This document shows positions 11,721 through 25,288 of a stretch of DNA of 64,000 bases, in pieces. The notes beneath the pieces are model-generated. The model ran no database searches. It saw only the letters and a list, made by a program, of their open reading frames with translations, and was not told where the DNA came from. The stretch comes from Eledone cirrhosa. Lineage: Eukaryota. How positions within the stretch are numbered: the first letter of the stretch is position 1; each line of letters starts with the position of its first letter. Position numbers and translations under genes: made by a program. The stretch covers positions 83,576,001 to 83,640,000 of the forward strand of contig OZ024746.1 of the NCBI GenBank assembly GCA_964016885.1, given 5' to 3'.

Positions 11721-14557
11721 CAGTTGGCTAATTTTCTTTGTTTCTTAAATGCTTTTTTATGATAAGAACCATGGTGGACATGTTCTGAGGCCTGTCAAAA
11801 CCTTGCCAGTCTGAAGAAACAGATATAAAATTATTATGATTATGAAGATGAGGAAGGATACTGCATGGTGGTGAGCTTTGGGTTGGAGGTTTTTATTTTA
11901 TTGATTTTGTATATGGCTTTGTTTGGCTTTCTTTTGAATTCTCTTTAGGATACCAGCAAGTGATGGGAGTGTATTATCCTAGATATAAAGAATTACACTT
12001 CATAGAGAAGAACATTCAGGATTGCCTGATATCCCTATTAATAAATAATGTGGATGTCTGTTGGAATCCACTGATACTAGCAACATTAAAGACAGCTTGT
12101 GAGAAACAGTTCCTTTTAAGCATTGATTACAAATACCTGGTTTCGTATTCAATCAACTTGTAATAGGATTGGGTGGGTGAGGACTATATAAATAATTTTT
12201 TGAATAGAATTAAGTACTTTTTTTTTTGACTTTGCTATTTATGAAACCAGTAAATGAATAAATGATATGTTGGTTTAGAGAAAATATTGAGTTTAAAAAC
12301 TCTCACATGAGCTACACCTTGTTTGCGTTATCTGTTTATATCTTGTATTAGGCTTTCTTGAATCATTAAACATTGATTTATGGTTGAAGTTATAAAGCAT
12401 ATCCCTCAATTAATCTATGCCTTATGTTACCATTCTTTTTAGGTCTCATTGTTAATAGCTAGTTGTATATTTATTTCTTAAAGAAAAAATGTTTTTCTGA
12501 AATTTATATTCACTGTGTCATCTTGTACATGTTAGAATTCATTCAGAAGGCAAAGTAAAAATACAAGAGGGAATAGAAGGTATACATTAGAAGGAAAAGA
12601 AAGCATCTGTTTCAGACTATTTACATTCAGAATTAGCATTTTAATAGAACATTAGAAGAAATTTACTTTGGAATGGATCATTAGCTCTCTAGTTTGTATT
12701 CCTTGTGGCATTAAAAATACACCTGGCTGTCCCTGTCTCTCATCTTCTTGAAAACCTAGAGTGAAAACACATTAAAATAAAATACAAAACAAAAAACCCT
12801 CACTATTGTGATGACAAATGTGAAAGGATTAAGTATGTATGAATGGCATGTTAGTGAATTGTTTTTATTATAAAAACAAAGGATTGATTCAAGATCAAGT
12901 ATTACTGAAATGAATCTTGCATATATTAAACAAAATGAAATATTGTACATATGTTTGTACCTAAATCCATTCCATTGTGTAACTAGAAGCATTGACTGTA
13001 ATATTTGCATTTCATTATTTTCAGATTCTTCGGAAAATTTCTATAGTGAATTATTTTCTCATTTTTTTTTTATATTCGTTTTACTTCATCCCATTTTATG
13101 CATATATTTATTGTCTTTTAGTGTTGGTGAATTGCATGATAAACACACCCAATACACTCTGTAAAGTGGTTGGTGATAAAGAGGGTATCCAACTGCAAAA
13201 AAAGCTGTCAAACAAAGAGTTGGGACGACTCTTCAACTGTGTCAGAGAGATAACAATGTCCCTATTGTTGTTGGTATGATAAAATGTATTCGGTAGTGTG
13301 TAGGAATGTTTGTAAGTGAGATGCAGGCCCTTTGCCTTCCCAAGCGTCCTGTAAAGTGTGGCAACAAGAATGAGAGGGAGACATCTTGGCCTATCTGAGA
13401 GATCAGTAGCTCTACTAGAGTACTGACCAGTCTGTGATGGCCTGTACAACTGTTGCTAGCAGAAAAAAACATGTTAAATGACGATGATGATATTTATTCT
13501 ATTTGCTCACATGTTAGGAGTGGATCCTTTAATGGCAAGGTAATCTTACAATGAATGTACACTGAATTATTATATACTTTAATGTTAATCTTTTTGTGTA
13601 CTATAAGGAGCTGCATATTTAAGGGGGATTACGTGTACTATAATGACCTGTATATTTGTAAGGGATTACATATATTAGTCTTGTATATTTACAGGGGATT
13701 ATTGTGTACATTGATCTCTATAGACTGAGGTCAGATGTTTGCTGATTTGAGCAGCTTGTTGGACTGATTTCTAAAATCCTTCCCATCCAAAGCAGATCAT
13801 TATTCTACAACTTGTTATAATACCATTTTTGAAAATAGTTTGGTTGAAACAAGTACATGCTTGCTTCTGTGACACATTACAGTAAAATAGTATAAGATAA
13901 GAATATACTTAATCAATGAAATTATAGACTGGGCATGTGGTTAAGAAGTTTGCTTTGCAATCACATGGTTTCCGATTTGATCTTTTTGTATTGTATGTTG
14001 GAAAAGTATCTCAAGTATCTTTGATAGCTTTGTTCCAACCTTTACTTTGTGAGTGAATTTGGTCAATAGAAACTGTGAGGGAACTTATAATGATAATAAA
14101 TGTGAATTTCTATGCATATAGCCTCATGGCTTTCTGGTTTTGGCAAGTATAAGTATATCAACTATTATAATAAAGTATTAAAGTAAATAAACTGTAAAAT
14201 CAAATATGTCATTGCAAATTCATGTCATTGCAAATTCATGTCATTCTTCTATCACAAAGGAAATTTTGCCTTTTAATAAAGTGATTTGCTACTCTGTACA
14301 CACCTAGAAGAATATTAGAAAGTCAGTGAAAAAAAGTGTTTTATTAAAAAAAAAATCAGTAGTTTTGAATTTCATTGAAGGTTCTGTGGTGAGTTGTTCT
14401 AGTCAGGGCTCAGCATAACTCCTAAAGGGAAAAAAAGAAAGTGAGTTATTCACTACAAAAATACAAAATATATTTTTGTATCAGGAAAAGAGAATCAATT
14501 GTCAAATTGAATGAAAGAAACTGTTCCCAATTGTCTTTCCGTTGTTGATACTATCTC

Positions 14558-14622
<65 letters not shown>

Positions 14623-15304
14623 AGAAACAAAACTCAATACATGAGTAGAGTTTGTATGAGTACACATCCATATTAGAAAAAAACGTCTATCCATTTTCCT
14701 CGTTTGAATAAACATATTTTAACCAATTATTTTTCTTCATTTCATATGCTTGTTTAGCAGAATGGGTTAGGCTGAACTTTAACAACACAATGGCCATGAT
14801 TTGAAACTTATAACTTAATACACTCCAGTTCCAAAGTAGATACCATTGTCATATACCATAATAATGTGTGTGTGTGTAAATATACATATGTATATATATA
14901 TATATATATGTATATATATACATATGCCTATATATGTCATCATCATCATCGTTTTTATGTCCATTATTCCAGGCTTCCATGTTTTGGATGGGTTCTTCTC
15001 ATCTCCTCTGTATGTATGTGTGCATCTGTGTATGCCTGTATGTGTGGGATATTTATGTATTAGAAAGTTCAAATTATAAAACTTTGTTGAAAATATTTTC
15101 CAGAGAATGTATAAATAACTCTAATGATGATGTAGTAAAAGAAACAAAACAGTGTTTCATTGTCAAATAATTATTCCAGATACTTTAGCACCTTATTTAT
15201 GTGGAATTTAAAGAAATCGGCAAAATATTGACCTCGAATATAACCTGAGCCCCACTTTACCATCACTTTTTTATTGTCATATATTTCTTAGCTTATATAC
15301 ATAT

Positions 15305-15750
15305 GTAAGGTGGTCATACTGGTGACATGATAAATAAGAACACAGTCCACCCTGTATGGTGGTCGTATTGGTTACATGACAAAAGCACCCAGCCCACGGT
15401 GTAAGATGGTCGTGCTGGTGATGCGGCAAAAAGTACATAGCCCATCCAGTAAAGCAGATGTGTCTGTGACATGATAAAAGGTATACGGTCCACCTTGTAA
15501 GGTGGTTGTGCTGGTGACACGATGAAAAAGTACCCAGTACAACCCATCAGTTGGTTGTTTGGGTGACATAAAAAGCACCCAGTTCATGCCATAAATGTGG
15601 TTGGCATTAGGAAGGGCATCCAGCCAGATAAACCAGGCCAGAAGCAGTTTTATATGGGAAAAACATGGTCACCTAATCTGATGTCTCGCAACTGGACAAC
15701 TCATCTAACCCATGCTAGCATGGAGAAGGGACATTAAACAGTGATGATTA
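15305..15750 (+). mobile_element. RTE-tailed repeat with ~6 tandem ~42-bp subunits
   Basis: Repeated gtaaggtggt(c)gtgctggtgacatgataaaaagcacccagtccacc units are followed by gtggttggcattaggaagggcatccagcc and the tail acccatgctagcatggagaagggacattaaacagtgatgat. Confidence 0.7.
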
Positions 15751-15761
15751 TTATATATATA

Positions 15762-15792
<31 letters not shown>

Positions 15793-15919
15793 GTAGCTAA
15801 ATCTACCAAAATATATGGTAGTGTCCAATCCGTATGAAGAACTCAATGTAATCCAAATATCATGAAGAGATGTATTCAAGAATTTTTTCCAGGAAAATCA
15901 CAGGAAAATAGTCAAGATA

Positions 15920-16180
15920 AATTAATAAAAACAATGAATAAAAACAAAGAAACGGTTCCTTATATTAAACAATTCATCATTTTACGATCGTTTCTAGAAA
16001 TAATTATTTCTGAAGACAGCATATATATGTGTAGGTATGTATATTTCCTCTGATAGTTTGTAAAATGTTTACGTAGATCTATATGATATACATACCAACA
16101 CACACATATATATCCTAGAAACGATCTTAAAATAATGAATTTTTTAATATAAGGAACTGTTTCTTTGTTTTTATTAATTT
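15920..16180. repeat. Fold-back element in (TA)n carrying a partial hammerhead-like 3' half
   Basis: Arms aataaaaacaaagaaacggttccttatattaaacaattcat...gatcgtttctag and ctagaaacgatc...atgaattttttaatataaggaactgtttctttgtttttatt. The minus strand reads GAAA-CGATCG-TA. Confidence 0.7.
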
Positions 16181-16245
16181 ATATATATATATATATAGAA
16201 AGGATGAATATAAAATGAAAGTGCTTTTTTTAAAAAGGAATTTAT

Positions 16246-16285
16246 TAGGTATTGACATATGTTTCTGTAACAGACAGAATACCTA
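16246..16285 (-). ncRNA. Degenerate minimal hammerhead ribozyme (core partly deleted)
   Basis: Minus strand: TAGGTATT-CTG(tctgttaca)-GAAA-CATATG-TC-AATACCTA. It has an 8-bp stem I, a palindromic stem III and a GUC triplet, but the CUGAnGA box is incomplete. Confidence 0.5.
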
Positions 16286-19200
16286 TGTATCGCTGCTTGC
16301 GTAATCATATATATATTGAGAGAGAGTTCTCATCACCACAGACTATATATACATGTATATCGCTAACTCTTTAAAATCTAGGCACACAAACCCAGCATTT
16401 CTTATCTCAGTCATGTTGCTACAGTAAGAAGTTTGCTTTCCAGTCACAAAGTCCAATAAATAGTCATTTCTCCAAAGTGATTCATATATTTAATCCTCTC
16501 TGTCATTTGTACATATCTACTGGACATTTATGTAATTATATTCTAGAAACATACTATTAAAATATCATTCCTATCTTTAATTATTTCCGCATGTCAGTAA
16601 TCAACATAAACTAAAGGGTTTCTCTTATGCAAACCATTAATTTATCAAAACATGTTTCTTAGTTTGTACGATTGTTTATATATCCTGTAATGCTGCTATA
16701 TATTGCATACCAATGCTGGACACCAAAAAGTTAATCTGTTCAATGCTATTGCCCTCATTATTGATGGTCTGGGTCAACCAGTTTCATAATGAAATATTTT
16801 GTAGTAGAAAAGACATCCAGCTGTAAAATATCTGCTCAAATAATTGGTTGTGTAATGATTGTTTGTGTAGCAGAGGGTTAGTTAGTAGGCTAATTGAGCT
16901 TTCTTAGAGTTTGAATTGGTGGAAGAAGAAAAATGTTAGAAAGGCTGTCCCCCTCTTGTCAAATAAGTTATCTTTCCTACCTAACTTGCGCCCTCAACTC
17001 CTGATGAAGTGGCTATGGGTGCCATCATCTTCTCGTTTTTTTTTTTAAAAGTGGTGGGGGTGCCACCACCAACTTCCCTCCTTTCCTTGAACACTTAATC
17101 CTGATGAATTTGTAGGAGTACTGTCACCTTCCCTATCTTCCTTGGACATTTAACTACTGTTGAATTTGTAAGGGATACTGTCATCTTCCCTTGCTTTATT
17201 GAGCCCTCTACTCCTGATGGAAATATAGGAGCAATGTTGAAACATATAGCTTGTTTGGGGCATTTTTAAGCCTGGCAGAGCTCAACTTTTTCCTGGTCTG
17301 ACTACAACAATTTTGTTAGCAAGGGAGGAAGAGAGAGAAGGGGAGAGAGAGATTCCAGTGTGAGACTGGTACTTCATTTATTCATTTTGAAAGGAGGAAA
17401 AGCAAAGTTGACTTCTGTTGGATTTGCAATCAGAACACAGAGCTGGAACAAATACAACAAATACAACAAAGTATTCTAACAACTGAGGTTCTAACAACTC
17501 TGCCAATTTGTTGTCTTAATCGTGTATGATAACTGCTTGGTGACATTGTTCTTTTGCTTTTTGATTGTAACTATTAAAATCAGTCTCTTTATGTATTTAG
17601 TATTAAGACAATTCTTTTATTTAGCTTGGCAACTAAATATTTTGAACTAAATTTCATAACGCTCTGTTTTGCTTTACTTTCTTTAAATTAAAAAAAAAAA
17701 TGTGACTGCCTCATCTGTTATCATTCTGCACTTAGATGTGTGTAGCAACAGTACTGAGTGGATTTAATGGAAGTATTTATTCTCAAGTCATTTGAGATTC
17801 TAGTGGAGAGAATGGGTTTTTCCTCTCTAAATTTTTAAATTAATTAAATGAAGCTTTCTCAATATTATATGTATTGTCTTACAAAAAAAAAAAAAAGAGA
17901 GAGAGAGAGATAAAGAAAAAAATACTGTAATTAGGAATATGTTTGAACACATACACACTCACACGTACAGGCAAAGAATGTGCCATACACACATTCTACA
18001 TATTTGTGGCTATATGTGTGTGCATATTAACTATAAAATGACATTGAACCATGCAGCTGTCATTTATCTTTCTATGCACTTAAAATTTGGACTTAAAAAA
18101 CAAAAAAATTAACTTCTTTTCCCCTATAATACTCTAAACAAAGTTGAATGTGTTTCTCTGTAAACGTGTTTGCCAAGGTTTCCACTAGTGTGTAATACGA
18201 AAAGAACACACTAATGGAAATGACTTCGGTAATAACATTCACCTGACACTAGAACATCTATTGACTAAGAACATGCGTTATTGATTGAATTAAAGATTTT
18301 GCCATTGCAGCTAATTCCCCAACTGCCATTTTTTTTTATTTGTTTGTTTATTTATCTATTTATTTACTTATTTATTTTGTTTAAATTTTGGTTGCCATTA
18401 TTATTTTTTTGTAAAATTTCTATTCACTTAACCTGTAAGTTTAACCTTTTGAGAGTTTGTATGTGTATATTTTTTAATCTGCTTTTCATCACTGTTTCTT
18501 CTTTTGTTCAAATGTAATGCTGTATATCTATTTTGTTCTATTTTGGGGGCAGAAGCATGTTTTTAAATATCTAGTCATGGCTTTTCCTAAAATAATGATT
18601 TCTCACTTTCGCACAAATTCACAAATTTCAAAGGGAGTTGTATATAGAGAATTGAATCAACTCAGTATGGGATTAACACTTCCTTTTGAAACCTACAGGG
18701 ATTTGCACTAAAAAAATAGTTTTCCACTAGAAATAAACATAATGGTTTTTTAGATAGGCATTTATCCATCTCTGTCTTTCATCTTTTCAGGGGTTAATAA
18801 ATTATCAGTCAAGCTTGATGGAATTGTTAGAGGAGTGGATGTTATATCTGTTCTGTCTCTGAGCATTCTAAGTTAAAATCCCATCTTCTGTCACAGGAAC
18901 AATGGTGATATGATACAACTGGAGCTCCTGATATACAAACATCCAAAAAACCTCTTCTGTGATGCAACCTCATATGAGGCCAGCTAAACCTGTATAGGTG
19001 TGAGCCTTAACAACATCAACAAAAACATTGATCCATCAGATTTTTATTTCCTCTGTAATATTACTTATTTACTTTCATAGTACTTAGTTTCTTTTGCACA
19101 GTCGTCCTGTATATTGGATAACCAATAATAGTATCATAAATGTAATTTGAACACTTATTTTGGATGAGAATTTGATGTGGAGAAGAGATATAGTTAGTTA

Positions 19201-21344
19201 TATTAACAGTACTTGATTGGTTCTTCATTTTAATACCGGAAGGATGAAAGGCAGTGTTTTCCTTGATGGGATTTTAACACAACATAAAGGGCTGTAACTA
19301 CATACTACAGGCATTTTGTCTAATACTCTAACAGTTCTGCCAATCCACATAAAGTACAAGATATCACACATCTAATGGAGAAGGGAAATAAGACCATGTG
19401 ATTGTTATGGACTTTCTCAAGGGTGTCTGGTGGTGTTGGTGCAGGAAAATGGCTATAAACAAGAAATTGGAGACAAGATTGCAAAGTTGGTTAATTAGAG
19501 AACTTTTATTCCATGTTGAATATCAATGATAATTATGTTGCATCGGAGTATATTCTAGTTTCTTAGGAAGTTTTAGCAATTAAAGTAATTAGATTTTTTA
19601 CTTCAGTTTTTCTTTATAACGTGGAAGATAATTATTTATGGTACATTGTTTTGTCAAAATGTAATAGTGTTAAGTGTTGGTCTTGTTTGTACAACATTGA
19701 ATGTGAAATAAGAGAAAGTAGTTTAAAAGTTTGTTTAATCTCTGTTAGGTTATTTTATTATTACAAAGTCTGAATAAAAAAAAATAATTTTAAATCTAAT
19801 TTAAAATTTCTAAATTTCATTCATCCAATCTATTTAATGATGCACAAAGATGAAATTAAAATACTGGACTGCATTGCTGTTAAGTTCAAACCATATTACC
19901 ATACACATTGTGTTGGAGTGTGGTGAGTCTTGTGTTTTGCCCAGGCAAGACATACAACTGATTGCCTCAGTCTGCTAGCTGATATAAGTTTAAGTGATAG
20001 GGAGATCAAATTTAGAAGAGCTTGACAATGGGGCCAGAGATTTTGTGTGTGTGTGCATGTGTGTTCATATTTCTCATTAAAAGCAAAATGCAATACATAT
20101 GTTTTACATACAACTTAAAAGAAAGATTTCCAAAAGAATGTCGGCTGAAAAACAAAAAAACAACAAAAAATAAACAATTGAATAAATACAAACAGCCACA
20201 CAAACCACTACTGCATTATGGGATATTTGCTGATTATAGCATAATATTACTTTACATTCATTTAGCTGCTGAGGCTTAGCATTCTGTTCTTGGCAGCTGT
20301 CCTGCTTACATAGGATTAACTGAAGATAGTTTGAGCAAAAACTTGCAACTAAATTGACAAATGTCTTGGTAGTAGATGTAGTAGTAATATAGTTTTATTT
20401 AATTATTTATTTATATGTGTTCTACATAATATAGTGCTTTTGTTTTGTAGAATTTTGCCTGTTCGATTTCATTTTTTTTGTGAAAATACAAAAAAAACAA
20501 CAAAAACAAAAAAGTTCATTAGACAGTTATATACTGAGAATGTGAAGTTTTGAAGGTTTACCATGAAACTACTAGATTATTTACTTCTATAATGACTTGT
20601 AAATATGCACTGAATCTAATTAGTGTCCAGTTCTTCAGCTATTACATAACAGTTACTTAGTCAATAAATCATGATCTATTATTATTTTTCTTTCCTTTAC
20701 ATTGAATTCAAATCATTTCTGTGTGATGGGAATTGGTTTTCACACTATAAATCTATGCAAACAAAACAGATTTTCCTTTCTCTGGTCTTTTCTTCTCCTG
20801 CCATGACCATTAAGATTAAATGCTTTTTCTTCATCTATGTATATGTGTGTGCACATTTGACACTGCCATACGTTGAAATTTATGTCCTGCATAAACAATA
20901 TATCCAATTGTTCAGTGCTTTGACGTGCAAAGATTAGTACATTACTATATAGGAAAAGAAAAAAGTAAGGATTTAGTTTCTTGAAGGACATTCAACCAAA
21001 AAATACTGTCTCATCCATCTCATTCCAGCAAGGCGCAGTAGACATGAAAATGGTGATGGTGGTGATGTTTGCAAACATCTATTATCAGATACCATCTTAA
21101 TATCCTCTTGTGTAGATTGAGCAGTAAATTTGTAATGTCCTGCACTGTATGAAATCACATTGGCAAGACATTTTTAAAAATTATAAAACAGCATTTATGA
21201 TTGCATCATATTAAAAATTGAAGTCTTTAGTTTTTCTGCAAATTTTTGTTACAATCTATCCAATATTAAAGATACTATAAACATTCAAATTAACAAACCT
21301 GTTTTAAAATATTTTCTACTAAATCATTAGAAGATGTTAATAAT

Positions 21345-21850
21345 GATTTAGATTTAAGCACAGAGCTTAAAAGAGGAGAAAGTTGATTACATTGACTTCG
21401 GTACATGACTGATAATTTATTTTATCGATCCCAGAAGGATGAATGTCAAAGTTGACTTCAGTGGGATTTAACATAAAGAGCCGGAACTAAATACTGCAAA
21501 GCATTTTATTTTATGCTTTACCAATTCTGCCGATCTACTGCCTTTAAAAGAGCAAGAATTTTAAACAAATATAATTTTTTCTAACATTCATATAAAGCCA
21601 GCAATTTGTGGGTGGAGGAAAATCGATTATATAGACCTAGTACTTTATTTATCGACCTCAGAAGGATGGAAAGCAAATTTGGCCTCTGCAGGATTGATTA
21701 TAAAGACCTAGTATTTTATGTATCAACCCCAGAAGGATGGAAAGGAAAGTTGACCTCTGCAGGATTTGAACTGAAAATGTAGAAAGTCCTAACTAAATAC
21801 TACAAATCATTTTGTTCGACATATTACTGGTAGCGCCAATCCACCTCCCT
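21345..21850 (-). mobile_element. Cluster of tandem SINE family A fragments
   Basis: Three repeats of tttatcgacccc-agaaggatgga-aaa-gttgacctc-gcaggatttgaact. Confidence 0.75.
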
Positions 21851-22139
21851 GTTAAGAGTTCATAATGGAAACACAAGATGTTCTCATCCTTTAGGATTGC
21901 TGTTTTTTTCATTTGTCTTATATGACTCACCTTTATTATGATGTTATTGCCAGAAATTTGGCAATAATGCAAAGAAATCCAAAGACTTTGTCTTGGTTAC
22001 GTAGCATAGCTATTAAAAAAAATTAATTATAAGCTTTTCAAAAATAATTTCAACTCTAAACCTAACCAATATCTTTATTATCATCATCATCATCAAAACC
22101 ACTACCACTAGTATCATAATATTTGTTTTCCTATGTTAA

Positions 22140-22358
22140 CCCTTTAGCATTTAAACTGGTCATATCTGGCCAGAATTCTCTCACCTCTTTCTGTTCAAAC
22201 CAGCTGTAACTGGCTGCTCATACTGACATTAAGGTATTGTTTTCAAAATAGATAATATCAAAATCTCATAGATTCGATATTATGTGAGATAATTGTGAGG
22301 TAAAGCCTTTTCTGTGAAAATATAATTGTATATAGAGAGTAATGTAAATGCTAAAGGG
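22140..22358. mobile_element. piggyBac-like MITE, family 1
   Basis: TTAA|CCCTTTAGCATTTA ... TAAATGCTAAAGGG|TTAA. Confidence 0.85.
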
Positions 22359-22668
22359 TTAATAGGGATTAGACTGGTCTGCAGTACAGCAACCTGCCAT
22401 TCTTTGTTACCCTCAATCATCTCATCTGTTAAGTTCAATATTTTCAAATCTGATCTCACCATTTTTTTTCCGCGTGTTTTTTTTTTTGTTTTCTTCTTTC
22501 ATCAAACCAGTGTTGTCCATTCACATTGTATGTCCACATAAGTAAGGTTGACCTTCCTATACATTTTATCACTTGTCTTACCAACTGAACAAACTCTGAA
22601 GAGCCACACTTTTCTAAGAGCCTATCTTGTCTATTCTTCCCTAATATGAATATATATATATATATATA

Positions 22669-22717
<49 letters not shown>

Positions 22718-23283
22718 ATGATGATGATGATGATATAAAGTAGTTTTCAACCTTATCTCACTCCTCTCATCTCAATCCTCTCTTCAACAGCTTCTCATTT
22801 CTCCATTCTCCTTTCTACCCCTCTTATTACAATCTATATTTAATAATATGCAGTTCAGATTTCATATGCTTTGGGCTTCTATTTGCAGATCAATAGTGCA
22901 GTAAGATGATTGACATTACTGCAGTGAAATGCATGTTGTTGCAGCATCATATGCCTATATTATTGCCTTGCAATATTAGTAGTGTGCAGGAAAGAGAAGA
23001 ATACCTGCTTTCATACGTGATAAGAATAGATGGACTGATAGACAGGCTTTTCACTCTAATCTTTCACTCTAGACATTTCATCTCATTTCTTAGCTATTTT
23101 AAAATTATTGAAGCCAGGGAAGAAAGGAAAAAAAAAAAATGTAAGAGAAAAGTGAGAAAATCAATGAGGTAAATCTAAATTTGTAGTATAATTAGATGCT
23201 CTACTAGTTTATTTTAATGTTTTCAAATTTAAGCTCTCTTACTAAGTGAGCTAAGCTTTAGTCTCATTGGAAAGGTGTGTATA

Positions 23284-23322
<39 letters not shown>

Positions 23323-24699
23323 CACACATATATATGAGAGGGAGAGAGAGAGAATCTGTATCCTATTGCTGACTATATTATATCCTATATTCTTTTCTTG
23401 ATGCACTTTTTCCTTGTCACTGTCTACGTTGTTATTGTTGTAATGTTTGTCATCCCATACTGGCATGTATTGGAAAACTCTGCACTATCCTATATTTCTA
23501 TTTCTCCTGTTCTTGTGTTATCTGTCCTGTAAGGTTGGTCTGCTGCACATAGACCAGATCAGACCTCCTGTATCTCCATGGTCTGCATTTCCTTATATGA
23601 CTGACTATAACAGAGGATGTGAAATCTTTTAAACAATGTAATTCTATTATGCTGGTGGTAAGTTCATCAACAACATCACTATTTTATGTCTGCTTTCTAT
23701 GCTGATATGCATTGGATGGGTGTCACATTCTGAGATTAGGCAGGTCAGGTGACCATATCCTGCTCACGTGTTCTATTTAGGCATGGTTTCTATGAGTGGA
23801 TACCTTTTCTCATGCCAACAACTTTACAGCATCTACTGGTTATATTTTATTGTGGCATCAGCACTACCACTTTGCAGAGTGGACAGGGTGCATTTTGATT
23901 GTGGTTAATTATGATAAAAAGAAACTTGATTTGAGTTGCATTTTCATATTTCAATCTTGAGTTTATTGACTATTTTGACTGTTTGAAAGTGATAGATTTC
24001 CTTTTTCTCATCAGGATGATTCATTCCAAAATAATACAATTCAACTTTATTAGGATTTTCTGGGGGTTTTTTTGGTTTTTTTTATTTGAGGTGTCATCAT
24101 TATTAAACATTGATTAAAAAAATTATTAAAAAAATAACATTTAATGATGTTCTTGGTCTCATGTTTGTTAAAGAAGCAAATTTTTGTGCTTCTCTGTGTA
24201 TAGGTGTCATAAAACTGTTCTAGAGGACAATGTTGATGTTAAGAGAGAATGTGAAGTTATTTATTTTCAATTTCACAGGCATAAATGAAATCGCTTAAGT
24301 TCAATTGACCATCTTTATAGCCATTATAATGAAATTATAATCTTAGGGAAAATGGCTTTATTTTTAGAAGTTGTCTTAAAAGTAGATTTTAAGAAAAAAA
24401 ACTATTTTGTTATTTTCTATTATCGTAGTCATTCTTACATAACCATAAAAACATCTCTTTAAAACCTAAAAATCTTTTGGAACTGATTATCATAAGAATA
24501 ATTCTCCACTGAAGTAAATAATCTCTATAACTAGCTTTCTGGTTTATGTGTGTCTCTATACAATGGATGAGTTTTCAGACATCCATATCTATATAATCAT
24601 ACACACACGTACACACGTTTATATTCACACGCGTACATACATGTGCACATACACCTACACATCTCATCATCATCATCATCACGTTTGTGTATGTCTGTG

Positions 24700-25000
24700 A
24701 AGGCTTAGTGTTTGCAGTGTTCAGCTCACAATTGTATGGTTTTGAGTTAGATTCCTAGTGGCGCTTTGAGTCCTTGAACAAGACACTTTATTTCATGTTG
24801 CTCCAGTCCACTCAACTGGCAAAACTGAATTATACCTGTAATTCAAAGTGCCAGCATTGTCACATAGTGTGTCATGCTGAATCTCCCTGAGAACTACAGT
24901 AAGAGTAAAAGGCTTAGCCACTTACACATTAATTTCACAAGCAAGCTGTTCTGTTCTGTTCTAAAAATTGGAACACTAATTGTTGAAACTGGAGGCCCAA
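24700..25000 (+). mobile_element. tRNA-derived SINE, related copy at ~58725-59050
   Basis: A-box-like ggcttagtg, then ccttgaacaagacactttatttca and the shared ctgaatctccctgagaactac segment. Confidence 0.7.
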
Positions 25001-25038
25001 CAATATATGAATGTGTGTGTGTGTGTACATACACACAC

Positions 25039-25220
25039 GCATCTTTATTCTATATAGAAATGACTTCTACTGGACTAGAACTGTTTCATTCATATGAAAT
25101 CATCATACAAACGAAACATCTAGTCCTGTAGAAGTCCTATATAAAATAAAGATGACTCTACTCTATTAATTTGAGTACATCTTTTAAATGTAATCACCTC
25201 CCGATACCCACTGAGAATCC
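25039..25220. repeat. Small fold-back element, same family as 33.1-33.6 kb
   Basis: gacttctactggactagaactgtttcattcatatgaaatcatca ... gaaacatctagtcctgtagaagtc, with outer arms ctttattctatatag / ctatataaaataaag. Confidence 0.75.
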
Positions 25221-25256
25221 ACCCATAATTATGTACATAACATATAGGAGATGGGA

Positions 25257-25288
<32 letters not shown>

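Noticed and set aside
10525-11731. Plus-strand ORFs over the GC-rich island
   Set aside because: These are antisense shadows of the retrotransposon frame in GC-rich DNA.
16990-17235. Repeated CTGATGA motifs as hammerheads
   Set aside because: They belong to a degenerate ~58-bp tandem repeat, with no properly placed stem II, GAAA and NUH.
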